Assembly: GCA_041490525.1 (NCBI GenBank)
Contig: JBGPTH010000014.1
Coordinates: forward strand, 1,983-65,982
Source: Nitrospiria bacterium
GTDB lineage: Bacteria > Nitrospirota > Nitrospiria > Nitrospirales > NS-4
DNA: 64,000 bases
Direction of reading: 5' to 3'
The notes below the pieces were generated by a model. The model was not told the DNA's origin. It did no database searches and saw nothing but the letters and a program-made list of their open reading frames with translations. A program made the position numbers and the translations under genes. The stretch's first letter is position 1, and every line of letters starts with the position of its first letter. Of the stretch, positions 8,636 to 18,397 are shown one piece after another.

Positions 8636-9514
8636 GTGGAGCGTATTGCCGGAAGTGCGCAGCCGTCACCGATGCGAATCGACTATGCCGCGCTGTCGTT
8701 GTTCCTGGCGATCACGATTACGGCGGCCGTCGCCGTTCCGGTGTACGGGTATTACATCGGGTATACCTGGGTGGACTGGACACTCTGCGCCGTGCTCTAC
8801 CTGGCCTCGGGGTTGGGCATCACGGTGGGCTACCATCGCCTGATCGCCCATCGGAGTTTTGAGTGTCAGCAGTGGATCAAGATCGCCTTGTTGATCACCG
8901 GCGGATGGGCGCTGGAGAATTCGGCCTACAAATGGTGCGCCGACCACGTCAGACACCATGCCCGCTGTGATCAGGCCGAGGATCCCTACAACGCCACGCT
9001 CGGTTTCTGGCACAGTCACGTGCTGTGGGTTTTCTATAAAGATCCCACGCAGCATCATGAAAAATACGCCGCCCAGTTCCAAAGGGATCCGCTCGTCATG
9101 TGGCAACACCGCTACTATATCCCGGTCGTGCTCTCCGGCATGGCCCTCCCCTTCGCGGTGGGTTACGGAGTCGGAGGGTGGAAGGGGGGACTCGGATGTT
9201 TTCTGCTGGCCGGCCTGGGGCGGATGTTTTTGGTGCTGAATTCCACGTTCTGCATCAATTCCATCTGCCACCTGTGGGGGAAACAGCCACATACGACGGA
9301 GGACTCAAGCCGGGACAATTGGGTCGTGTCGTTGATTACCTTCGGAGAGGGGTACCACAATTACCACCACGCGCATCAGCGGGACTACCGGAACGGGCCC
9401 TGGTGGTACAACATCGATCCGTCGAAATGGCTGATCTACGGCTTGTCCAAGATCGGCGTGGCCTGGAATCTCTGCCGGGTCCAACCTGAGCGGACACGGT
9501 TTGCGGCGGAGTGA
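8636..9514 (+). CDS. Membrane acyl-CoA delta-9-type fatty acid desaturase
   Basis: His boxes HRLIAH, HVRHH, HNYHH; FGEGYHNYHH and DPSKW motifs. Confidence 0.92.
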   Translation: MERIAGSAQPSPMRIDYAALSLFLAITITAAVAVPVYGYYIGYTWVDWTLCAVLYLASGLGITVGYHRLIAHRSFECQQWIKIALLITGGWALENSAYKWCADHVRHHARCDQAEDPYNATLGFWHSHVLWVFYKDPTQHHEKYAAQFQRDPLVMWQHRYYIPVVLSGMALPFAVGYGVGGWKGGLGCFLLAGLGRMFLVLNSTFCINSICHLWGKQPHTTEDSSRDNWVVSLITFGEGYHNYHHAHQRDYRNGPWWYNIDPSKWLIYGLSKIGVAWNLCRVQPERTRFAAE

Positions 9515-9605
9515 CGGCAGGCCTGCAGCGCAATGGGATGAAGGGACGCAACGCTCAACAGTTAACGGACCGCCTCGCGGTTCTCCATGACGAAAGGAGT
9601 GACGA

Positions 9606-9890
9606 ATGGCCAAAGCGATGACAAAGTCACAGGTTACCGAACACTTGGCAGGAAAAGCGGGCCTCACCAAAAAGGCGGCCGCTCAAATTCTTGATGACCT
9701 GGCCGCGCTCGCGTATAAGGAGGCCAAGAACACCTTTACCTTGCCTGGGCTCGGGAAGCTGGTGTTGGTGAATCGGAAAGCCAGGATGGGCCGCAACCCG
9801 CAGACCGGCGAGCCCATCAAGATTCCAGCCAAGCGGGTGGTCAAGTTCCGGGTCGCGAAGGCGTGCAAGGACGCCGTGCTGAAAAAATAA
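9606..9890 (+). CDS. hup: Histone-like DNA-binding protein HU
   Basis: GLGKL..V.RKAR.GRNPQTGEPIKIPAK.VVKF. Confidence 0.95.
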   Translation: MAKAMTKSQVTEHLAGKAGLTKKAAAQILDDLAALAYKEAKNTFTLPGLGKLVLVNRKARMGRNPQTGEPIKIPAKRVVKFRVAKACKDAVLKK

Positions 9891-9916
9891 CTCGGCTTGC
9901 TATCGAGACCAATCAG

Positions 9917-9960
9917 GGAGGGCTGTCCGGGTGACTCCGGGCGGCCCTCCTTCGTTTCTT
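9917..9960 (+). terminator. Intrinsic terminator after HU (probably bidirectional)
   Basis: GGAGGGCTGTCCGGG-TGAC-TCCGGGCGGCCCTCC stem followed by TTCGTTTCTT. Confidence 0.75.
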
Positions 9961-10309
9961 ACAGGAGGGCCTTCACCTTCTCGGGGGGCCGTCCCAGGAC
10001 CGCCCGGTCCCCCTTTTCGATGATCGGGCGCTGGATCAACTCCGGGTAGACGACCATCAGGTTGATGAGCTCCGCGTCCGACACCGCTTTTTCATGGAGG
10101 CCCAGTTTTTTGTAGGTCTCCTCCCCGGTCCGGAGGATCTCGCGCGGCGAGAGGCCGAGCTTCGTGAGCAGCCGTCTCAGCGTGGCGGCGGACATCGGAG
10201 AGGCGAAATAATCGATGGTCACGAAGGGCGCCTTCGCTTCGCGCAGCAGCGCCAGCGTTTGGCGGCAGGTTGAGCAGGTCGGCTTCTGATACACGATCAA
10301 TTTCTCCAT
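9959..10309 (-). CDS. ArsC/Spx/MgsR family thioredoxin-fold protein
   Basis: YQKPTCSTCR, LIQRPII motifs; ATG at 10309. Confidence 0.85.
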   Translation of the reverse strand: MEKLIVYQKPTCSTCRQTLALLREAKAPFVTIDYFASPMSAATLRRLLTKLGLSPREILRTGEETYKKLGLHEKAVSDAELINLMVVYPELIQRPIIEKGDRAVLGRPPEKVKALL

Positions 10310-10415
10310 GCGCGAGTCCTCCCCACCTGCGCTTGGTGATACCAATGAAGAAGACGGGTTGTCAAGCGGAGGCGGGTGGGAGGAGGCTCGCGCTCCCCGG
10401 AGGAGAAGGGTGGGC

Positions 10416-11399
10416 GTGAACCCGGTAGGCCTCGGCTTCGGGTTGATCGGCATGGGGCGGCACGGGAGCCGCTACGCCCGCCACCTTGTGGAGGGGATTC
10501 CGGGATGCCGCCTCACGGCGGTCTCGCGCCGCGATGTGGGGGCTGGACAGGCGTTTGCGGATCGCCATGAGGTGGCGTTCGTGGGGGACTGGCGGGATCT
10601 CATTCGCCGTCCCGACGTCACCGCCGTGGTGGTCGTCGTCCCCCCGGCGCTCAACCGAGAGGTGTGTCTGGCGGCCGCCCAGGCAGGGAAATCCCTGTTG
10701 ATTGAAAAACCGCTGGCGCTGACGGCCGCGGAAGCCGTTGAGATGGTCCGTGCCGCGCGCGCCGCCGGGGTCCGGCTCATGACCGCTCAGACGCTCCGGT
10801 TCACGCCGGTCTTGCGCCGCCTCCGGGAGCGCCTTCCGCTCGTCGGGGCCCTCGACTACCTCACGCTGACGATGCGGGCTGAGCGGCCCCCGCACCGGTG
10901 GCTGGATGATCCGGCGCAGGCGGGCGGGGGGGTTCTTATCGAAATCGGTATCCATTTGTTGGACCTCATCCGCTTTCTCACCGGTGAGGAAGCGGTGGAA
11001 GTCTCCGCCGAACTCGCCAGGCGGCACACGCGTCGGGTCGAGGACTTGGCCTGGGCGAGAATCCTCCTGGCGTCTGGTGTCCGGTGCCTCCTCGAGGTGT
11101 CGCGGGTATCTGGCGGCCGCCTGGTCCGTGTGGAGGCCGTCGGCCAGGCGGGGCAACTCATTGCGGAGGTCGATCGGAGTGTGCTGAGTCGGATCGAGGG
11201 GCGCAGTCTCGTCGAGACGGAGTCGGTTCCAGACCGGCCGACGATCGTCACGGTTCTGGAAGAATTCGCCCGAAGCCTCTCGACAGGAACTCCGTTGCCG
11301 GTCTCCGGGGAGGACGGTCTGCGGGCCGTGGCGATGGCCGAGTCGTGCTACCAGTCGGCCCGCGAGGCCCGGCCGGTCCGGGTTCCCCTTCTCTCTTGA
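10416..11399 (+). CDS. Gfo/Idh/MocA family oxidoreductase
   Basis: GLIGMGRHG, LIEKPLA, GGG.L.EIGIH..D motifs. Confidence 0.9.
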   Translation: MNPVGLGFGLIGMGRHGSRYARHLVEGIPGCRLTAVSRRDVGAGQAFADRHEVAFVGDWRDLIRRPDVTAVVVVVPPALNREVCLAAAQAGKSLLIEKPLALTAAEAVEMVRAARAAGVRLMTAQTLRFTPVLRRLRERLPLVGALDYLTLTMRAERPPHRWLDDPAQAGGGVLIEIGIHLLDLIRFLTGEEAVEVSAELARRHTRRVEDLAWARILLASGVRCLLEVSRVSGGRLVRVEAVGQAGQLIAEVDRSVLSRIEGRSLVETESVPDRPTIVTVLEEFARSLSTGTPLPVSGEDGLRAVAMAESCYQSAREARPVRVPLLS

Positions 11400-11478
11400 C
11401 CCTTGCCCCTCGCGCATGATACCTGATAAAAAACGCCCTTCGGGGCGGGCGCGCTGAAGAGGATCTGGAATCACACCC

Positions 11479-11859
11479 GTGGGAGTGGAAGAAGGACGAT
11501 TTGCGCAGCCCCGCGGATTTGCGGTGGCCACGGCCGATTCGCGTAACCTCCGGGACCTCCGCCAGCGCCGCTACGGACAACCGGTGTACGTGGCGTCGGG
11601 CCATCCGCTGGCCCGTAAAGGCCAGGTGGCCACGTGGGAGAAGTTCAATGTGCGGCTGGCGGTGGTCAAATTCCCGGACAATGCGGTCTTGGGGTACGAC
11701 CCGGCAGACCTGCTGCTCCCCACGCGGTTCGAGGCGGACGGGACGCCCCTCTTCGAGGTCCGCCACTGTGAACTCTGCCAAGCACCCTTCATCCTGACGC
11801 AACAGGAGGTGGAGGACAAGCGGGACCTCGCCCGCTGCCTCGCCTGCCAGGACGTCTGA
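11479..11859 (+). CDS. Hypothetical protein with C-terminal CxxC...CxxC zinc-ribbon-like motif
   Basis: Host-like codon usage; CELCQ and CLACQ. Confidence 0.6.
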   Translation: MGVEEGRFAQPRGFAVATADSRNLRDLRQRRYGQPVYVASGHPLARKGQVATWEKFNVRLAVVKFPDNAVLGYDPADLLLPTRFEADGTPLFEVRHCELCQAPFILTQQEVEDKRDLARCLACQDV

Positions 11860-11877
11860 CCGCTGCCGCGGACCCGC

Positions 11878-12765
11878 CTACAACCGTCTCCCCAGTCTCG
11901 TAAACCGATCGGCCAACAGGACGCCGGTGGCTTTCCACCCGTGCGCCTGCAGGGTGTCCTGAACTGCTGCGATCCGGGTGCTGAAGTTCGGGTGGGTTTT
12001 AAAAAAGGCGCGGTCGTCGCCTTTCACGGCGCGGAGCCGGTTCAACAGGCCCAGGTAAGCCGTGGGGTCGTACCCCGCGCGGGCGGCAAAGGCCACGCCC
12101 AGGGTGTCGGCCTCGATTTCTTTGCTTTGGTCGAGCCCCTCGTCGAGCAGCTTTTTGACGGCGGTATCGATGAGTCCTTTGAAGGCCTCGGGATTCTGCT
12201 TCGCATACGCCAGGCCGGCTTCGGAGATGCCCCCCAGCTGTTTGCTCCGCTGGATCACCTCGAGGATGTGCTTCTGGCTCACATGGCCGATCTCATGCCC
12301 TAGCACAGCGGCCAGCTCGGCCTCGTTCCGGATTTGCTTCAGGAGGCCGTGCGTGATGAAGACGTAACCCGCCGGCGCTGCGAAGGCATTGATCGACTCG
12401 TGGTTGAGCACGGCGAAGTGATAGGGGATGTCGGGGCGGTCGCAGGTGAGCGCCACGGCCCGGCCGACCAGGTTGACGTAGCGGGTCAGGTCGGGCTGGT
12501 CCTGGACCCCGCCGTACCGCGCCACGACTTGGAGCGAGATGGCGGCCCCGAGGGATTGTTCTTCCTCGTAGCCGATCGGCAGGAGTCCGCTGACGAGCGT
12601 CCCCCCGCCGTGTATGACCTTGGCGAGCCGATCATCTCCGGACCGTCTGGCCTGCTCCTCGGCGACTTGTTGAATCTCCGCGCATCCCCCTAAGATGCCC
12701 GTCACGGCGAGCGCCGCGAGCGCCCCGGACAGGGGGGCGAAGGTGTGCCAGGTCTTATTTCGCAT
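11878..12765 (-). CDS. M48 family metalloprotease lipoprotein
   Basis: Lipobox LGGC; INAFA.P.G..FIT.GL, HEIGH, E.EAD, HP motifs. Confidence 0.9.
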   Translation of the reverse strand: MRNKTWHTFAPLSGALAALAVTGILGGCAEIQQVAEEQARRSGDDRLAKVIHGGGTLVSGLLPIGYEEEQSLGAAISLQVVARYGGVQDQPDLTRYVNLVGRAVALTCDRPDIPYHFAVLNHESINAFAAPAGYVFITHGLLKQIRNEAELAAVLGHEIGHVSQKHILEVIQRSKQLGGISEAGLAYAKQNPEAFKGLIDTAVKKLLDEGLDQSKEIEADTLGVAFAARAGYDPTAYLGLLNRLRAVKGDDRAFFKTHPNFSTRIAAVQDTLQAHGWKATGVLLADRFTRLGRRL

Positions 12766-13267
12766 ATTCCCCGAGCCCCCCATCTTTGAGGAAGTCTTCG
12801 ACCTCCTGGTCGGTGATCTGATATGCCGTCATACGGTCCACGGCCTCCCGCTGCTGTTTCGTGATGCCGACGCGATTGGCATACCCCTCTGAGACCTTGT
12901 CCAGGCCCCGGGCTCCGGCCGAGGCCGTCACCTCCGACGATTCCGTGCGCCGGAAGGTCTTGCCCAGCCTGGCCAGCTCGTCATCCTGGCCGGACGGCTT
13001 GGTGGCCGTGGTCTTGTTGGCGAAGATCCAACCATTCACTCCAGTCGCGGTGCGGACTTCGAACCAGGTGCCGTCTTTTCTGAGGACCTCCAGGGAGTCC
13101 CCGAATTTCAGGTCGGCGACCACGCGGTCGAGCGAGGTCTTCCCCGCGCGGAGCTTTGCCGTCTTCCCCTGCACGTAGACCGTCTCCGCCAAGGCCTGCC
13201 CCAGGAAGAATCCGATACCGACGATCACTGTGATGATGAACAACGCGAGTCGTTTACGGATTATCAC
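12755..13267 (-). CDS. Secreted bacterial SH3 domain protein
   Basis: Signal peptide; LRAG.....V...L..GD.LEVL...G.W..V....G..GWI. Confidence 0.75.
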   Translation of the reverse strand: MIIRKRLALFIITVIVGIGFFLGQALAETVYVQGKTAKLRAGKTSLDRVVADLKFGDSLEVLRKDGTWFEVRTATGVNGWIFANKTTATKPSGQDDELARLGKTFRRTESSEVTASAGARGLDKVSEGYANRVGITKQQREAVDRMTAYQITDQEVEDFLKDGGLGEYAK

Positions 13268-13283
13268 GCGATCCTCCTTCCGC

Positions 13284-15506
13284 TCACTTGGCTTTCAAGA
13301 CGTAGACGCCGTCCCAGTCCGGCGACGGCGGGGCGGCGAGGTACTCTTCCGCCCGATGCAGATACACCTTGGACGGACCATCGGCGGGGTCCAGGGCCAG
13401 GGCGTTCGCGAAGTGCTCTTTCGCCTTCGCGAAATCGCGTCGTTTGTAGGCGGTCAATCCTTCGAGGTAGGCCTCCTTCATCTTCCGTTTCACGGGGTCC
13501 AGTTGGCCCTTGCGGGCGAGCAATTCGTAGACCACCACCGGTTCCAACTTGCCCTTCACCCGCATGACGTCCACTTCTCGAGCCTCGATGTCGCGCTGGG
13601 CCAGCTCGTAGGTGCGCGGGCCCAGCAGGATGAAGGTCTCGTAGAACTTGTTGGCCCCCTCCAGGCGGGAGGCCAGATTGACGCTGTCGCCCATCACCGT
13701 GTACTCCATCCGCGCCTGCGACCCCATGTTGCCCACCACCAACGGGCCGGAGTTGATGCCGATGCGCGCTGTGATCTCCGGATGCCCCTGGGCCTTCCAT
13801 TTCTCACGCAGGTGAACGAGATCCGCCTGACTATCCAGCGCGGCGTAGCACGCCAGCGTCGCGTGGTCGGGTTCGCCGCGCGGCGCCCCAAAGATGGCCA
13901 TGATGCCGTCCCCCAGGTACTTGTTGACGTTCCCACGATGCTTGAGGATGATGTCGGTCATGGCCGACAGATACTCGTTCAACAGCTCCACGAGGGCCTC
14001 CGGCTGGAGCTTCTCCGAGATGGTGGTGAAGCCGGCCACGTCCGAGAAGAAGACCGTCAATTCCTTCTTTTCGCCCCCTAGCTTGATGCCTTCGGGATTG
14101 CGCATGATCTCATCCACGACCTCGGCCGCCATGTACCGGTCGAACACGGTCCGTAGGAGGCGGCGCTGGCGGCCCTCCGTGAGGTATTCCACGGTGGCGG
14201 CCACTCCGAAGGTCATGGCCAGTGCCCCCTCGGGAAAGGCCAGCTCAAGCCAGACGGCGTGGGACATGAAGGCGTGCACGGCGAGCAGGTAGTAGGCGAC
14301 CGCGCCCCCAAGGATGAGGCCGAATTTGAGGGCCTGGCGCTGGAGCATCATGAACCCCCACGAAGTGCTGAGGCAGAGCGCGAGGGTCGTCAGCGCGAAG
14401 GCCCAGTAGGGAGCCGGCTGCATGGCCCGGCTGCGAAGAATGTTGTCGAGGGCGGTCATGTGGATCAGGACCCCGGGGGTGAACGGGGAGAGCGGCGTGA
14501 CGCGAAGATCGTAGGTGCCGGCGGCGGTGGTGGCCACGAAGACGATCCTGTCTCGAAACAGGGCCGGATCGAGGAGGGGCCGCTCCCCTTTTTGCATTGC
14601 CGCGTATGACCGAAGAACCGCCCCGATGGAATACGCACGGTACGTCTTCTGGTCCAGCGGCCCGTGCCAATCGATCACCATGTCCCCCTGGGCGGAGAGA
14701 GGAACCGTCGCCGACCCGAGCTGAAGGGCCCGGGGGCCGATCGTCGCGCCTCCGGCCCCCAGCACGTATCGGGCCACGGACGTCGCGAGCTGCATCTGCA
14801 TCTGGGCGCGATTGGAGGTGTCCGCCAGCAGGGGCAGGCGGCGCGTGGTGCCGTCGGAATCGGGAGACAGATTGATGAATCCCAACCCGCGTGCGGCCTC
14901 GGCCAGGGGAGGAATGGGCAGCTTGACGCCCTGGTAAGGCTTGGGATGATCTGGGGGCCTGTCCCCCCCGACGGGCATGGTGGCTTTGGCCAAAAGGTGG
15001 GGCCGGGGGGCCGGAGTCGGGGCGGACTGGAGCAGGTACGGGAGAAACACGTTGCCCGCAGCGCGGACTTCCTCCGCAAAGGCGGCATCGAATTCCTCGG
15101 CCCCCTCATCCGGCTCGAGGAATAGGATGTCGAAAACGATGGCCCTGGCGCCGGCCTCCCGAAGATAGTGGACCACATAGCCATGGCGGTCCCTGGGCCA
15201 GGGCCAGCGGCCGAAGGTCTCCAGGCTGGCTTCATCGACCGCCACGAGGAGGATGTTCTTGTCGGCCAGGGCCGGGTCGGCGTACTGGTGGTAACGGTGA
15301 TCGAGCGTCTTGAGCTCGGCGATGGTGAGCAGGCCGGACTGGTGGAGGGCCACGGTCAGGAGGAACACGGCAACTCCCACGGCGGTTGCGGTGAGGCGTT
15401 TCTTGAGGGTCTTGGAGAGTTCCACGGAGAATCCCACGGGAGCGAGGTCAGTATGGCGTATGGGATTCCATTTTTCAAGCAGCTTCCTTGACACCTCGTA
15501 AGGCAT
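13284..15506 (-). CDS. CHASE2-domain class III adenylate cyclase with C-terminal TPR-like segment (true start may be GTG at ~15425)
   Basis: VAVDE.SL..FGRWPWPR, DILF.EP, PGV.IH; three TMs; FSDVAGFT, KYLGDG, YTVMGDSVNLASRLE (Lys/Thr suggest ATP specificity). Confidence 0.9.
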   Translation of the reverse strand: MPYEVSRKLLEKWNPIRHTDLAPVGFSVELSKTLKKRLTATAVGVAVFLLTVALHQSGLLTIAELKTLDHRYHQYADPALADKNILLVAVDEASLETFGRWPWPRDRHGYVVHYLREAGARAIVFDILFLEPDEGAEEFDAAFAEEVRAAGNVFLPYLLQSAPTPAPRPHLLAKATMPVGGDRPPDHPKPYQGVKLPIPPLAEAARGLGFINLSPDSDGTTRRLPLLADTSNRAQMQMQLATSVARYVLGAGGATIGPRALQLGSATVPLSAQGDMVIDWHGPLDQKTYRAYSIGAVLRSYAAMQKGERPLLDPALFRDRIVFVATTAAGTYDLRVTPLSPFTPGVLIHMTALDNILRSRAMQPAPYWAFALTTLALCLSTSWGFMMLQRQALKFGLILGGAVAYYLLAVHAFMSHAVWLELAFPEGALAMTFGVAATVEYLTEGRQRRLLRTVFDRYMAAEVVDEIMRNPEGIKLGGEKKELTVFFSDVAGFTTISEKLQPEALVELLNEYLSAMTDIILKHRGNVNKYLGDGIMAIFGAPRGEPDHATLACYAALDSQADLVHLREKWKAQGHPEITARIGINSGPLVVGNMGSQARMEYTVMGDSVNLASRLEGANKFYETFILLGPRTYELAQRDIEAREVDVMRVKGKLEPVVVYELLARKGQLDPVKRKMKEAYLEGLTAYKRRDFAKAKEHFANALALDPADGPSKVYLHRAEEYLAAPPSPDWDGVYVLKAK

Positions 15507-15518
15507 CTCAGGTATAAT
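15488..15518 (+). promoter_or_regulatory. Consensus sigma70 promoter of gltA
   Basis: TTGACA-19 nt-TATAAT followed by AGGAGGAGG SD. Confidence 0.6.
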
Positions 15519-15535
15519 ACCAGGAGGAGGTTCGC

Positions 15536-16672
15536 ATGCCGCATGACTTCATGCCCGGTCTGGCCGGCGTGCCGGCTGCCCGGTCCAAGATCAGCGATGT
15601 GGACGGCCAAACCGGGGTGCTCGAGTACCGCGGGATCCGGATCGAGGACCTGGCCGCGAAGAGCACCTTCCCGGAGACCGCCTATCTCCTCCTGTTCCAC
15701 CGCTTGCCGGCCCGCCTGGAACTGGAGCGGTTCGCCGGCGATGTCACCCGCCACCGGCGGCTGAAGTTCAAGATCATTGACCTGCTCAAATGCCTGCCGG
15801 AACACGGACATCCCATGGACGCGCTCCAGGCGGCCGTCGCCGCGCTGGGGATGTTCTATCCGGGCCGGAACGTCCGTGACCAGGAGAACAATTACTGGTC
15901 GGTCGTCCGGCTGATCGGCAAGCTCCCCACGATCGTGGCGGCCTTCGCCCGCATCCGGCACGGGGACGACCAGGTCCCGCCCCGCGATGACCTGAGCTTC
16001 AGCGAGAATTTCCTCTATATGCTGACCGAGCGGGTGGCGGATCGGGTCGTTGCCGAGGTCCTGGACGCCTGTCTCATCCTCCATGCCGAGCACACGATGA
16101 ATGCCTCCACGTTCTGCGGGCTGGTGACCGCGTCCACGCTGGCCGACCCCTACACGGTCGTTGCCTCCTCGATCGGAGCTCTCAAGGGGCCGCTGCACGG
16201 CGGGGCCAACGAAGAGGTGATGGCCATGCTCCGGGCAATCGGGACGGTCGACCGCGTGCGCCCATACCTCGAAGCCAAACTGAAGGCCAAGGAGCCGATC
16301 ATGGGCTTCGGTCATCGGGTCTATAAGGTGAAGGACCCCCGGGCCGTCATCCTGCAACAACTGGCTCAGAAGCTCTTTGCCCACTGCGGGAAGTCCCCTC
16401 TCTATGAGCTGGCCAAGGCAGTGGAGCGGGTCGGCCTGGAACTCCTGGCGCCGAAGCGGGTCTTTCCGAATGTCGACTTCTACTCCGGCATCGTCTACGA
16501 CCAGATGGGCATTCCGAGCGACACCTTTACCCCCCTTTTTGCCATGGCTCGGGTCGCCGGGTGGCTCGCGCATTGGCTCGAGCAGTTGCAGGAGAACAAG
16601 CTCTACCGGCCCGACCAGATCTACGAGGGCGAGCATGGTCGCCGCTACCTCCCCCTGGACGAGCGGGAGTAG
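15536..16672 (+). CDS. gltA: Citrate synthase
   Basis: GPLHGGANE, MGFGHRVYK..DPRA, PNVDFYSG. Confidence 0.95.
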   Translation: MPHDFMPGLAGVPAARSKISDVDGQTGVLEYRGIRIEDLAAKSTFPETAYLLLFHRLPARLELERFAGDVTRHRRLKFKIIDLLKCLPEHGHPMDALQAAVAALGMFYPGRNVRDQENNYWSVVRLIGKLPTIVAAFARIRHGDDQVPPRDDLSFSENFLYMLTERVADRVVAEVLDACLILHAEHTMNASTFCGLVTASTLADPYTVVASSIGALKGPLHGGANEEVMAMLRAIGTVDRVRPYLEAKLKAKEPIMGFGHRVYKVKDPRAVILQQLAQKLFAHCGKSPLYELAKAVERVGLELLAPKRVFPNVDFYSGIVYDQMGIPSDTFTPLFAMARVAGWLAHWLEQLQENKLYRPDQIYEGEHGRRYLPLDERE

Positions 16673-16819
16673 GCCCTTCCCGCTTTTCCCTTGTGCGCTT
16701 GTGCCAGCCGCCGGACTGGATTACAATGCCGCCCTCATATCGGCGCGGGGCGTTCCGGAGTCTAGGGGCCCTGGAAGAGCAGAGGAAGCAGGGCGGACGC
16801 TGAACGGCAAAGGGGACTC

Positions 16820-18304
16820 GTGAAAGGCACACGGCATCCGAAATCGTCGGCGAAGCGAGCCGAGGAGAGAACCCGACTCTCCTCCGGTGCCGTGCGTGTC
16901 GAACGCGATACGATGGGAGAGTTGGAGGTGCCCGTCGAGGCCTATTACGGCGTGCAGACGGCGCGGGCGGTGGAGAATTTTCCGATCAGTCCGCTGCGGG
17001 TGCCCCGCCCCATGCTGCGGGCTCTGGGCCTGATCAAATGGGCGGCGGCCAGGGTCAATGCGGAACTGGGGTTTTTGAACCCCAAGGTGGCCAAGGCGAT
17101 CCAGCAGGCCGCGCGGGAGGTGAGCGACGGCCGGTGGGACAATCAGTTTCCGGTGGACATCTTCCAGACCGGGTCCGGGACCTCGTCCAACATGAACGCC
17201 AACGAGGTGATCGCGAATCGCGCGGCGGAACTGCTGGGCGGGGAGCGGGGCAGCAAGCTCGTCCACCCCAACGATCACGTCAATTTCGGGCAGTCCAGCA
17301 ACGACGTCATCCCGACCGCGATCCACCTGGCTGCGCTAGAGCAGATCGACCGGGAGCTCCTTCCGGCGCTGAAGCGCCTCCACACCGCCCTGGCGGCCAA
17401 GGCCAAGGAGTTCGACCCCATCGTCAAGATCGGCCGCACGCACCTGCAGGACGCCACGCCCATCCGATTGGGCCAGGAGGTTTCGGGCTACGCCCGGCAA
17501 ATCGAGCTGGGCATCCAGCGGGTGGAGCGGACCCGCGCCTCGTTGGGCGAACTGGCGCTGGGGGGCACAGCCGTGGGCACGGGCCTCAACACCCATCCCG
17601 AGTTCGCCCTGCGCGTGATCGCCCTGCTGGGCCGGGAGACAAAATGTCCGCTGCGGGAAGCGCGGAACCACTTCGAGGCGCAGGCCGCGCAGGATGCCCT
17701 GGTGGAGGCCAGCGGGGCGCTCAAGACCGTCGCGGTGAGCCTCATGAAGATCGCCAACGACCTCCGCTGGCTGGGATCCGGCCCCCGGTGCGGGCTGGCC
17801 GAAATCATTCTGCCGGAGACCCAGCCGGGTTCCTCCATCATGCCGGGAAAGGTCAATCCGGTCATCGCCGAGTCCGCCATGATGGTGGCGGCCCAGGTCA
17901 TTGGGAACGATGCGGCGATCACGGTGGCGGGGCAGGCCGGCAACTTCGAGCTGCTGGTGATGCTGCCGGTGATGGCGCATAACCTGTTGCAGTCCATCGC
18001 GCTCCTGGCGCGGGCCTCCGAGAATCTGGCCATCCGGTGCGTCGAGGGGATCGTCGCGGATCAGGAGCGGTGCCGGGCCGGCATCGAACAGAGCCTGGCC
18101 ATGTGCACGGCCCTCGCTCCTGAGATCGGCTACGAGGCGGCCGCCGAGATCGCCAAGGAAGCCTACCGCACCGGCAGGACCGTTCGCGAGGTGGCGCTGA
18201 AGAAGAGGGTCCTGCCGAAGGCTCGCCTCGATCACCTGTTGGATCCCCGGCGGATGACCGAACCGGGCCTGACCGGGGGCAAGCCGGGGGGCGCCGGCGG
18301 GTGA
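16820..18304 (+). CDS. fumC: Class II fumarate hydratase
   Basis: QTGSGTSSNMN.NE, HPNDHVN..QSSND, GSSIMPGKVNP. Confidence 0.93.
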   Translation: MKGTRHPKSSAKRAEERTRLSSGAVRVERDTMGELEVPVEAYYGVQTARAVENFPISPLRVPRPMLRALGLIKWAAARVNAELGFLNPKVAKAIQQAAREVSDGRWDNQFPVDIFQTGSGTSSNMNANEVIANRAAELLGGERGSKLVHPNDHVNFGQSSNDVIPTAIHLAALEQIDRELLPALKRLHTALAAKAKEFDPIVKIGRTHLQDATPIRLGQEVSGYARQIELGIQRVERTRASLGELALGGTAVGTGLNTHPEFALRVIALLGRETKCPLREARNHFEAQAAQDALVEASGALKTVAVSLMKIANDLRWLGSGPRCGLAEIILPETQPGSSIMPGKVNPVIAESAMMVAAQVIGNDAAITVAGQAGNFELLVMLPVMAHNLLQSIALLARASENLAIRCVEGIVADQERCRAGIEQSLAMCTALAPEIGYEAAAEIAKEAYRTGRTVREVALKKRVLPKARLDHLLDPRRMTEPGLTGGKPGGAGG

Positions 18305-18397
18305 GATGTTTTGACAAAGCAATTTTGTGTGTGCTAGCGTGGCTGCCGATTTCTTCCTAAGGGGGAGCGCTCTTCTTGAAGAGCGCCACGGTCGCCG

